A stretch of 64,000 nt of DNA from Octopus vulgaris (Eukaryota). The stretch is from NCBI GenBank assembly GCA_951406725.2, contig OX597835.1, forward strand, positions 23,870,001 to 23,934,000, in the 5' to 3' direction. A program made the translations under genes and the position numbers. Below the pieces are notes generated by a model. The model was not told where the DNA came from. It did no database searches and was given only the letters and a program-made list of their open reading frames with translations. Of this stretch, positions 52,051 through 64,000 are shown in pieces (position 1 is the stretch's first letter; each line of letters starts with the position of its first letter).

Positions 52051-53914
52051 GTAGTATTCTTTTATGGGATCATTAACTCTTTAGGTTTTAAACTGGCCAT
52101 ATACAGCCCAAATAGTCTGCCTTGTTTTAAGTTCAAACCAGCCAGATTTGACCTCTCACACATACTCTACAAGGTCATTCTAAAAATAAACATTCATGTA
52201 ATCAAGTTCTTGAAGCTAAGAGATAATACCTGATTAATTCAAAACAATGTGAATGAATAAACATTACATTTGTTGGAGTAATCTGAATGCTAAGAGGGGG
52301 GGGCAGTAGCTGGACAGTGATAATGGTATCTGAGATACGACAGACAACACACTCTCCCCCTCTCCCAAATACGATCTAGTGTCTATATTAGAAACTATTG
52401 TTGGTACCTTCCTATCATTGTCAACCAGTTTTTTTTTTTTTTAACTTATCAAAGGATTTATAGATAAGCTGTTATGTCTCTGAGACAGGTAAAATAGTTG
52501 GTTGTGGGCTTTCAGAATAGCTATCACTCCATGGAGAAGAGTACTTGTAAGAATTTACTGGAAGAGGGCATGAATTGGAAGCGAAAAATGTTAGGAACTG
52601 ATGTAAATGATTATTCAGCCTCTTGAAAATAGCAACCAGATCTTCGAATCTCACCCAACCATGTTTAAAATACATATTAAATAACACTAATCTTTGCAGA
52701 AGGGAAACAATTTTCATGGGAGGGTGCAAGTTGACTACATTGTCCCCAAGGATGAAAGGCAAAGTAAGTAGGATTTGAACTCAGAATTTAAAGATTTGGA
52801 AGAAATGCTGTTCAGTGTTTAATCAAACATTAACGATTCTACCTGCCCACTGTCTTGAACTTGTTAACCCTTTAACATTCAGATTACTGTCAAATGCAAT
52901 GCTAATTCATTCTCATTGTTTTGAATTAATCATGCTTTATCTCCTGGCTTCAAGATTTCAATGATGTGACTGTCTATTATTAGAATGACATTGTAAGGTA
53001 GGTGTGAGAGGCTGGATCTGGCTGGTTTGAACATAAAACAGGTAGAATATCTGGATTAGATATGGCTAATTTAACAATTTAGCATTCAGATTACGCAGTC
53101 AAATGTAATACTTCTTTATTCACATTGTTTTCAATTAATCCTGCATTATCTCATAGCTTTGAGATTTTGATGCAGTAACCATTTTTAGAATGATAATGAA
53201 GAATAGATGCAAAAGGCCCAAACTGGCAAGTTTCAGCATAAAAAAGGAGACTATCTGGGTTAGTTGTATCTCATAGCTTCAAGATTTTGGCAATGGGATT
53301 GTTTGGTTTTAGAATGCTATTAACAGGTAGGTGTGAAAGGCCAGATCTAACCAGTTTGAGCACAAAACAGGTGGTGAAATATCTAAATTAGATATGACCA
53401 GCTGAAATGCTAAACAATGTTGTTCTAGATATAATAAATCTGAATTAAAATAAAAAATAAAAAGTGGAACTGTCACAGATGGAATGTCTAACTTGGAGAC
53501 CAACTCAAAGTGGGACATGGAATTAATACCAACAATCAGCACACACGTACACATACACACACTCTTTGTCTCTCTCTCACAGATTTGCATAAACTACATG
53601 TATATGTACACACTATGAAGCATGCTTCTGAAATGTTATCAACAAATAGGTTAAAACTAAAGAATTTAGAATAAATAAAACCACCACCGCCAATAACTTT
53701 GCCTCCTCTACCATCATCATTATCTACATATGCCAATGGAGAAGCCTCTGCCTATCTATCTATCTATCATCTAAAGTATGGGGGGTTAGTTCACAGGCGA
53801 TCTAGACAATCAGGTACACTAGGTAGTGCTGTAATGAATTACTAGGGCTCCAAAGTTATAGCCGAGATGGTAGTTATGGAGCCATTGCAGATATTATATA
53901 TCTATTATACATAC

Positions 53915-53973
<59 letters not shown>

Positions 53974-56862
53974 TATATATCATCATCGTCATTTAACGTC
54001 CGTTTTCCGCGCTAGCACGGGTTGGATGGTTCGACCGGGGTCTGGGAAGCCAGGAGGCTGCACCAGGCTCCAGTCTGATCTGGCAATGTTTCTACAGCTA
54101 GATGCCCTTCCTAACACCAACCACTCCGCGAGTGTAGTGGGTGCTTTTTATGTGCCACCGGCACAGGTGCCAGGGGAGTCTGGCAGCAGCCACGATCGGT
54201 TGGTGCTTTTAACGTGCCACCAGTACGGAAGCCAGTCAAGGCTGCGCTGGCATCGGCCATGCTTGGATGGTGCTATTTATGTGCCACCAGCACAGAAGCT
54301 AGTCGAGGTGGCGCTGGCATATATATATATATATCTGCAATGGCTCCATAACTACCATCTCAGCTATAACCTTGGAGCCCTAGTAATTCATTACTATATA
54401 TATATATATAGAGAGAGAGAGGGGGAGGGAGGGAGAGAGAGAGGAGTAAATGTAAGGATAAGCAAGTTAGGCAGGTTGATACACAAAGTCCATTTCTTTG
54501 TCTATGGACCCCTTTGATTACCGTTTCATTCTGGTGGACCCCATAGCCATTCTGCAGCATATTGAAACCAGGAATGGCTTCAACATGCTGCAGCATTGGC
54601 CACTAACAGACATGCAGGTACTACCTTGACCCATGATGCAGTGAATTCAATAGGAGCTGGCTTAACCCCTTCTGGGTGAATGCTATTGCAAGACTAAAAG
54701 AAAGACATTTGTTGCTTAAAAACTAGTTTTCTAGATGCTTCTATCAAAATTCCTATTTTGTTTTTCACTCATTCACTTGTTTAGGTGCTTTGCAATGGAA
54801 CTCTCTGAGGGAACAAATTCCAGTTGCCAGAAACCTGTTGAACTATGTGAAATGTTAGAGAAAGAAACCTAGTCGTTTCTTGCAATAAATACATCTAAAG
54901 CAAAATATTTTTCATGGATCCTTTCTCTGGATCCCTAATTTATAAATCTGAAAATTTTATTTTCATGGGACCTTACTCTAGATCCCTAATTTATACAATT
55001 TTGCAAATTTTTTTTTCATAGACCCTTTCTCTGAATCCCTAATTTACAGTTTTGCTTGTATGGACCCCACAGAATCTTACTTGAACCCTAATTGAGAACC
55101 ATTGTTCTACCTACATGGTAGCCTGACCAAGTAGAAATAGTAGCCAAATTTACCACAACTCACACCCACCCAATATATACTCACTAGATAATATAATCAT
55201 AAGTATTGCCTTGAGTCCTCAGACTCATGGGGCCATTTACCTGGTTTCTATGACTCATAAGTGACCAAAATCACAACACCGCCCCTGGATGGGAAGCCAG
55301 TCTGTCTCAAGGTTACTCTTTTGCAACTGAATGGACTGGAGCAATGTGAAATGAAGTGTCTTGTTTAAGAACACAATGCATCAGTCAGTGTAGGAATGGA
55401 AACCATAGTCTTACAACTGTGAGCACCACACCTCACCACTAGGCCAAGTGCCTTCACTACTGTGGCCATTTGCATCCCTAAAAAGTGGGGATGGTCATAG
55501 CTGGAATGCTTTTGATCATAAATATCATGGGTCTAAATATCATCATCATGTTGGTCAAAGAGATTAAATAAATAGTGTCAAAGTGTTTCACCTTTTTGTT
55601 AATCTACGCTAACCCACCACACACACACCCACACATCGTTAAGTCCAAAATTAAACAGCCCCCTCTCCTTCCACCATCACTCTTTTAGAGCCAGTCCAGA
55701 ACTAATCCAGCGATCCCCACCTCTCTCTCCTTCCCATAACTATTTTCTGATAGCCAATCCGAGGTTAATCCATTACACCTCTCTCTCATCTTCCATCCAA
55801 AGCTAATCTACACACCCTACCCCTTTCTCTCTTTCGCACATACACACACACACACTATCTCCTCTCTCGTGCATTTCATCCCATCCACACCATATTACAA
55901 CCAGTCCAGAGTTAATCTATCAACACCTAATCCTGTATATCTCGTATTGTCTGCAGTTAATAGACTAAAAGATCTACCGCCACCACAACTATAACCACCA
56001 CCATCACTACCACAACCACCACCACTGCCATAAACACAGCAACCACCACCACCACAACCAGTGTCTCCACCATCCTACCAACACCATCATAGACACTGCC
56101 ACGACTACAACAGCCATAAACACCATCACCACCACCACCACCACTGTCACTACTACCACAGCTATCACATTAGTGTCAAACAGGATTTAATCCATTATAA
56201 CATCACCATCCTCACCCCTCACCCCACTGTGCCACATCATCTCTCTCTCTCTCTCATACACACGCGCACGCACACACATGCATGTATGCATGCATGCATG
56301 CGTGAACATGCAAGCACTAATACACATACTTACACAAGCAAATGAAAGCCATTGTGCAGTTGCATACACGACTGTAAATAACAACCAAACCACAGAGGAA
56401 TTATACTCTTATCTTAGGAAAAAAAGAAAGAGCACATTGAGTAATATATTCCTAGGTGCACAGTCTCCAGACCCCCCCCCCCCCCAAAAAAAAAACCTGT
56501 TGGCATGGTTAGAATGTCATTGATGACAGAGCTGCTTGACCAAAGCTGACTCAGGACCACAGACACACACACACACACAAATGATTTAGAGAGACACTAC
56601 TATGAAAGATGGGAGTAAATTGGACAGGTGTGGACACACACACACACAGATATGCTTTTTAGTAGCATTTGTGTACTAACACCTGATCAAAAGGTATAAT
56701 GAATGGTGGTGTGGTAAAAAGCTTGCTTCCCAATGACATGGTTCCAGATTCAATCCCACTGCATAGCACCTTGTGTAAATGTCTTCTACTATAGCCTTGG
56801 GCCGACCAAAGCCTTGTGAGTGGATCTGGTGGACGGAAACTGAAAGAAGCCCATTCTGTGTG

Positions 56863-56899
<37 letters not shown>

Positions 56900-57859
56900 G
56901 TATGTCTTTGCGCTTGTGTTTGTCCCCACCATCATCGCTGGGCAACTGGTGTTGGTGTGTTTACATCCCTGTATCTTAGTGGTTTGGCAAAGAGCCCAAT
57001 AGAATAAGTATTAGGCTTAAGAAAAAAAGAAAGCAAGTCCTGGGTTTGAATGGTTCGACAAAAACACTTCAAGGTGGTGCTCCAGCATGGCCACAGTCAA
57101 ATGACTGAAACAAGTAACAGAATAAAAGAGAACGCAAGCCGATATTTGTAAAATGCATCCATCATACAGGAGTATAGACACTACCCAGGGTAATAGAGAT
57201 GAATAGTGTAGGGTGTACAGAAGTACCCAGGGTGGATGAAAAGTCTGGGATTAACAAGGATTGCTTATAATTAGTGATTGTGGAGGTTGTGGTAATGTAG
57301 CAATAGCTGTGGTGGTGATGGTGGTAGTTGTTGTTGTTGTGGTGGTGGTGTTGGCGGTAGTTGTGGTGGTAGTTGTGTCAGTGGCAGTGGTGGGGTAGAT
57401 GCGGTGGGATTTGAACTCAGTATGTAAAGAGCTGGAACAATTACTACAAAGCAATTTAATTAAATGCTCTACTGACTGTTAATTATTCCTTCTTCTACCA
57501 GAACGACTACCACCACAACAAGCACCAACACCACCACAGTATCAATGACTAACTTTACTACTTCAACAAAAACTACCATCACCTCAACCATCACCACAGA
57601 CTACCACTACAACAAAATATAAAAGTACAAAAAATTTCTTTTTGCTAAATATGATTATTAGTAAAAAGAAAAAAAGAAAACCTTTCAACAGGTTCAATTT
57701 CAAGTGAAGGTAGAGAGTTTATGAGATTAGAGGGAGAGTAACAAGAATAACATCAGAAACATTGATAAAAAAAAATAACAATAATAATAAAAATTATTTC
57801 TGATAATCTATTTTGAGAATGTCTATGTATGTGCCTGTCTAAAATACATTATTGGATAT

Positions 57860-58155
57860 AATAATAATAATAATAATGATGATAATAATAATAATAATAA
57901 TAATAATGATGATAATGATAATAATAATAATGATGATAACAATGATAATAATAATAATGATGATAATAATGATAATAATAATAATGATGATAACAATGAT
58001 AATAATAATAATGATGATAATGATAATAATAATAATGATGATAATAATGATAATAATAATAATGATGATAATAATAATAATAATAATAATGATGATGATA
58101 ATAATAATAATAATAATGATGATAATAATAATAATGATAATGATGATGATAATAA
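57860..58155. repeat. (ATA/ATG)n microsatellite
   Basis: Read directly from the sequence. Confidence 0.95.
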
Positions 58156-58156
58156 A

Positions 58157-58445
58157 GGTGGGTGAATATTGGATGAATGGCCAATGTGAAAGGACAGCTT
58201 CTGAGCATGCACCTATAAAAAAAAAAAAAAAGAAGGGGTCTTGTGCTGTTGGTCAGGCACCCGTGGCTTTTGTGGGTTTTCCACAAAGACCTTAAAGCGT
58301 CTCCCCTATTGGGAGTTTTTAATTTGTTTCACTTTTTTTGTTATTACATTGTATACATGTGAAAACCCATTGTATCATCCTGTTTTTGTCTTATATGTTG
58401 TTTTAATGTTTTGTATGTGAATCCTTGTGGCCAATAAAAGAATTT
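58157..58445 (+). mobile_element. Tx1/L1-clade LINE 3' end, copy A
   Basis: Homologous to 58940-59225; ends ccttgtggccAATAAAagaa(tta)n. Confidence 0.65.
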
Positions 58446-58699
58446 TTTATTATTATTATTATTATTATTATAAGGCAGTAAGCTGGCAGAATTGTTAGCA
58501 TGCCAGACAAAATGCTTAGCAGTATTTTTTCCATCGTTATGTCCAGAGTTCAAATTCTGCTGAGGTCGAATTTGCCTTTCATCCTTTCAGGGTTGATATA
58601 TTAAGTACCAGTGAAATACTGGGGTCCATGCAATCAACTAGTCTCCTCCCCACAAATTTCAAGCCTTGTGGTTTCAGTAGAAAGATTTATTAATAATAA

Positions 58700-59225
58700 G
58701 ACGGATCCGGCTGAATCCATAGTGAAGATTGCTCGGACAGCCTCCTTTAACCGAAAGGGAAAGGCAATTTTCATTTGTCTGGTGGCTGTAGCGAAAGAGG
58801 TGGTATGGTGGACCCTTTTTAAAGGGCAAAAATCAGACACTTTCCTCTATGGCCAAGGCCTCATCAGCTTTTTCAAGTTCCACTTTAAAAGGAAGGTGAG
58901 AGTAGAGAGAAAAATGTTGACTTCTAGCAAATTTGTTGAAAGGTGGGTGAATGCCAGAAAAATGGCCAGTATGGATGGACCAATTCTGAGATTACACATG
59001 TAAAAAAAAGGGTATAAAAGGAGAAAGGGCTATCGTCCTGTTGACCAGGCACCATGGCTTTTATGGGTTTTTTTCATGAGTAATCTTCAAAGCGCATCCC
59101 CCTATTGGAATTTATATTGTTATTTTTATTATCAAATGTTTACACCAACCTTTTATTTGCAAAACTCTTTGTTTATCATCTTGTGTTGAGTTATATTAGC
59201 CCTTGTGGCCAATAAAAAGAATTAT
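58700..59225 (+). mobile_element. Tx1/L1-clade LINE 3' end, copy B
   Basis: AVAKEVVWWT...FFKFHFKRKVRVERKML..FVERW resembles the C-terminus of Tx1 ORF2; AATAAA tail. Confidence 0.7.
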
Positions 59226-59239
59226 TATTATTATTATTA

Positions 59240-60104
59240 TTATAAGGCAGTAATGGCAGAATTATTAGCATGCGGGATGAAATGCTTAGTGGTTTTTCGT
59301 CTGTCTTGACGTTCTGAGTTCAAATTCCACCGAGGTCGACTTTGCCTTTCATCATTTCAGGGTTGATAAATAAGTACCAGTGAAATGCTGGGGTTGATGT
59401 AATTGACTATCCCCCTCCCCCAAATTTCACACCTTGTGCCTTTAGTAGAAAGGGCTATTATTATTATTATTACTATGGTTTTGAAGTTTGGCACAGAGCC
59501 AGCGGTTTTTGATGAGGGTGGGCGGTTGAATACATCGACCCCAGTACGTAACTGGTATTTATTGCATCAATCGTAAAAGGGGGAAAGGCAAAGCCGACCT
59601 CCATAAAATTTGAACTCAGAATGCAAAGCTGGAAGCAACATCAGAGTATTTGGTCCGTTGCACTAGGAGTTCTGCCAGCTTGCTGCCTTAATAATCTTTT
59701 CAACTATAAGTACAAAGCATGAAATTTTTGGAGAGGGGTTAGTCAATTACATTGACCCCTGTGTTCAACTGGTACTTATTTAACAACCCTAAAAGGACAA
59801 AAGGTAAAGTTGACCTCGGAACGTAAAGACATGAAATGCCATTAAGTATTTTGCCTGGCGTGCTAATGATTCTGCCAGCTCACCACCTTAAGAATAATAA
59901 TCATTTCCACTAAAAGCACAACGCCTGAAATTTTGGGGGAGGGAGCTGGTCGATTATATTGACCCCCAGTGCATAACTCGTACTTATTTCATTGATCCTG
60001 AAAGGATGAAAGGTAAAGTTGACCTCAGCAGAATTTGAACTCAAAACATGAAAAACAGACAAAATGCCGCTAAGCATTTTGCCTGGTGTGCTAACAATTC
60101 TGCC

Positions 60105-60137
<33 letters not shown>

Positions 60138-60574
60138 GTTTCAGATTTAGGCACAAGGGCAGCTTTGCGGGGAGGGGATGAGTCGATTACATTGGCCCCA
60201 GAATTCAATTGGTTCTTAATTTATTGATCCTGAAAAGATGAAAGGTAAAGTCGACCTCAGCGGAATTTGAACTCAGAATGTAGTGAGATACTGCTATTCA
60301 TTTTGTCCAATATGCTAATGATTCTGCCAGCTTGCTTTAATGATAATAATAATAATAATAATGATAATTCTTTATACTATAGGCACAAGGCCTGAAATTT
60401 TGGGGGAGGAGGATAGCCAAATAACTCTGATCCCTGTACTCAACTGGTACTTATTTTGTCTCCGAAAGGATGAAAAGCAAAGCTGACCTAGGCAGGATTT
60501 GAACTCAGAACATAATGACCTGGAAGAAAAACTGCAAAATGTTTTTGACTAATGCTTTAATGATTCTGCTCATC

Positions 60575-60611
<37 letters not shown>

Positions 60612-60860
60612 TTGGTTTCAAATTTTGGCACAAGGCCAGCAACTTTGGGGGGAGTGGGTCAATTGATTTCATCACCCCCCAGTACTCAACTGGTACTTAT
60701 TTTATCAGTCCCTCTACCAACAAAAGGATGAAAGGCAAAGTCGACCCCAGCAGCATTTGAACTCGGAATGCAAAGTTGGAAGAAATGCCACTAAGCAATT
60801 TTTCCAGTGCGAACAGTTCTGCCAATTCTCCGCCTTAGTATAACAACAACAACAACAATA
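59240..60860. mobile_element. SINE chain: one + copy, then about 6 - copies separated by (AAT)n
   Basis: Same SINE family as 17330-20200. Confidence 0.85.
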
Positions 60861-61704
60861 ATAATAATAATATTCTGCACCATTAACGAAACGTTTGTAT
60901 GCGTTTTAGATTCGAAGGTTGTGTGTGTGTGCATGTGTGTCACAATTGCATTTCGGTGATTTGTCATTCTCTCTCTCTATCTCTCCCTTTTTCTGATGTC
61001 TTGTCATTTTAGTCTAGTTTCAAGACATCCAACGACATTGTTGAGTCACACATTAAGTGGTTCGACCACTTAATCACTTGTCACAGGCCCTCCTCTAAGC
61101 TGCTACCATCACCATCACTTCCTCCCTCCTTCCCCACGCCCACACACCACCAGCAGCACTTTTGTTGTTGCCAGTGCCAAACTTAAAGAAATGGCTTTTC
61201 ATAAAACTTGCATTGTTCCAAATGTAGTATAAAATTTGCCACAAAATCAATGTTGTTTGTTTGTCTTTCTCTCTCTTGTCTTTCTTGCTCTTCTGCTTCT
61301 TTTATTTGTCCAAAGTTCATAGCTGGCTCAGTACAATAGGACAACAACAGAGCCACCATGGGGATTCAGTTCATTCATTCAATATCACACTCCCACCCTA
61401 TTACATCAGTAAAGTGCAATGTTCTGGATGAATGGATGGATGGATAGATAGAAAGATAAACAGACAGACAGATAAGAATGTTGTTGACAGTGCCTTTGAA
61501 GTTTTTACCAATTAAGCAATGATGATGGCTTAACTGGCCAAAACTTCAAAGTTACTGTCAACAACATCCTTGTATAAGAATGATAAATTTGTACTCTACA
61601 AAAGTATAGAGTGACCCATCGGATTAATGTAAAATTTTTTTTATTATAACATAAAAACAAGCATTAAGACACATACACACACACATATATACATACACAC
61701 ACAC

Positions 61705-61753
<49 letters not shown>

Positions 61754-62417
61754 CCAGTCTGATCTGGCAGTGTTTCTACGGCTGGATGCCCTTCCTAACA
61801 CCAACCACTCTGAGTGTGTAGTGGGTGCTTTTTACGTGCCACCGGCACAGGGGCCAGAGGAGGCTGGCAAACGGCCACGATCGGATGGTGCTCTTTACAT
61901 TTCACCGACACAGATACCAGTCAGGTGGCGCTAGCATCAGCCACGTTCGGATGATGCTTTTTACATGCCACCGGCACTGGTATCATAACTACAATTTCCA
62001 CCGTTTAGTTTTTTTACCTGTTTCAGTCATTGAACTGGAGCATCACCTTCAAAGGTTTAAGTTGGTCAAAATGAACCTTAGTGCTTTGTTTTATGTCTGG
62101 TCCTTCTATGAATCTCTGTTTTAGGGAATCACTAAATTAAGGGAGATATTATTCCCTGGTTTCCATGCCTCACATATGATACACATTCCCAATTTTTTCT
62201 CCAAATCCCTAGAATACCTTGGGACTTATGAAACAAGTTCTATATTACTCAAAATGTATGAAACAAGGGTTAACTAAGTCTGAGGACAAGCATGGGTCCT
62301 TATTGGATAGGCAAAGGGTAAAAAATCAGAATTCCTCATAGAATGAGGTGAGAGAAAAATACAAGCAGAAGGATTAATATTACTTAAATTTTATCTTTGG
62401 AGTAAACACAAGGATAA

Positions 62418-62458
62418 CTCCAGACAAGTTTCAGTCTTATTAAACCTCTTCAGCAAAG
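62418..62458 (-). ncRNA. Hammerhead ribozyme-like motif with weakened stems
   Basis: On -: ctttg-CTGAAGA-ggt(ttaataag)act-GAAA-cttg-TC-tggag. The core is intact but stem I is mostly G.U pairs. Confidence 0.45.
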
Positions 62459-62989
62459 CATAGACGTTTCCATAGTAGCCAGTTTGGAGATAAAAGAATC
62501 ACTAGGGATACACAATTATCATTTCTATTGTAGGTACAGGGCTTGAAATTTTTTAGGTGGTGGGTACTAGTTGATTACATCAACCCCAAAAGGAGGAAAG
62601 GTGAAATTGACCTTGGTAGTTTGAAATCAGAATATAAAGATGGGCAAAATGTTACTAAGCATTTTGTCCAGTATGCTAATGATCCTACCAGCCTTACTAT
62701 GGATGCACAATTATGCCACAATGATTATGCCAACTGTTGGTATGACAAACATTTCTCTGATGAAAGGCCCTTACTAAAATGTCAAATATCTTTTATTTCT
62801 CCTGGTACCAAGTAATTTACTTTGGTTTTTGTGAATGCTGTTAACGTAAGGTCAGTCAATCCCTGGAATATATAATAAATTTGATAATTAGTGCCGGAGA
62901 CACGAAATTACCAAATTACAATAATCCATGGAGAGGAATGGTAGACAGCATGTTATACAGCGGTTGGATTCGTTCTATGATATATGGAC

Positions 62990-63950
62990 ATATGCACACA
63001 CACACATATATATATATGCACACACATCTATACACACACACACACATACACACATCTATACACACACACACACACATCTATACACACACACACACATCTA
63101 TACACACACACACACATCTACACACACACATCTACACACACATATATATATACACATGCACACACAAAGATATACAAAAAGTCACGCACACAATTGGACA
63201 GTCATATAGATACTGATAGCTACATAGGGAGGGAGATACACACATACATACACACACATACATACACACACACACACACACACAGTTGCAAATGTCTACA
63301 TACAAATACACCTACATAAATACATGTACACAACTGCACACACACGCACACACACACACACACACACAAAGACACACAAATAAACACATACACAAAACAA
63401 AAAATGTCACATATACACTGATAGATACAGACACACACACACACACACAGACAGACACATGGACACATACACACACAACTGCACACACATGTCTACACAT
63501 AAATATATCTAGACACACACACACACCCATTGAGTTACATACAAACCTCTACATCTGCTCATATCCATATATGCACATACATTTACACATGCATGCACAT
63601 GTACATGCACACACGCATCTACACTCACACACAAATGCAAGCATATCTACCGATACACACACATACATAGACACTAGCATATATATATATACACATACAC
63701 AAACACACACATGCACACACAATTACTGTCGTCTACCTTGCATGAACACACACACATTATCAGCCCACATGGCTCTTAACATTTAAAAGCAACAATCATG
63801 AAAAGCTGAGAAAAATTATTGCCATCACAACAAAAATTACTATGAAATTACTATCACACACACACATACGCATACACACACACACACACACAAATATACA
63901 CACACATATACACACATGCACATATACACACACATACATATCCACATATA
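62990..63950. repeat. CA/TA-rich low-complexity region
   Basis: Direct; similar tracts at 25885-26170, 39715-39870 and 41770-42245. Confidence 0.9.
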
Positions 63951-64000
63951 TACTCTTTTACTCTTTTACTTGTTTCAGTCATTTGACTGCGGCCATGCTG

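Noticed and set aside
57823-58295. Tyr/His-, Leu/Ser- and Ile/Met-rich ORFs
   Set aside because: These are translations of the (ATA/ATG)n microsatellite.
61352-61447. Perfect Kozak GCCACCATGG after a pyrimidine tract on the + strand
   Set aside because: It opens only ~29 codons, with no convincing donor site or homology.

Overview
AT-rich, repeat-dense eukaryotic genomic DNA. The SINE families, Penelope-type ribozyme remnants and CA/TA/GATA/AAT microsatellites look like an Octopus (coleoid cephalopod) genome; this assignment is inferred from recognising the repeats. Two spliced genes converge tail-to-tail. On the + strand are the last two coding exons of protein O-mannosyltransferase 1 (POMT1; 2004-2181 and 8880-9063). 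On the - strand is a complete 8-exon stomatin/MEC-2/band-7 (SPFH) gene (42587->22689, 864 nt, 287 aa) whose phases and GT-AG junctions are all consistent. The remainder is SINEs (about 5 families, often in chains), fragments of RTE, Tx1/L1 and R4-like LINEs, non-autonomous Helitrons, hAT- and piggyBac-like MITEs, a Tigger/pogo remnant and simple repeats. Most ORFs in the supplied track are repeat artefacts. The best leads are: (1) a ~620-nt fold-back in the last POMT1 intron whose mismatches are strongly biased to G.U on the + strand; (2) a candidate alternative acidic first exon of the stomatin gene lying downstream of a perfect RFX X-box; (3) one intact and several decayed minimal hammerhead ribozymes; (4) a composite Helitron that appears to carry a captured piggyBac-like 5' fragment. 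No prokaryote-type system (CRISPR etc.) is supported.
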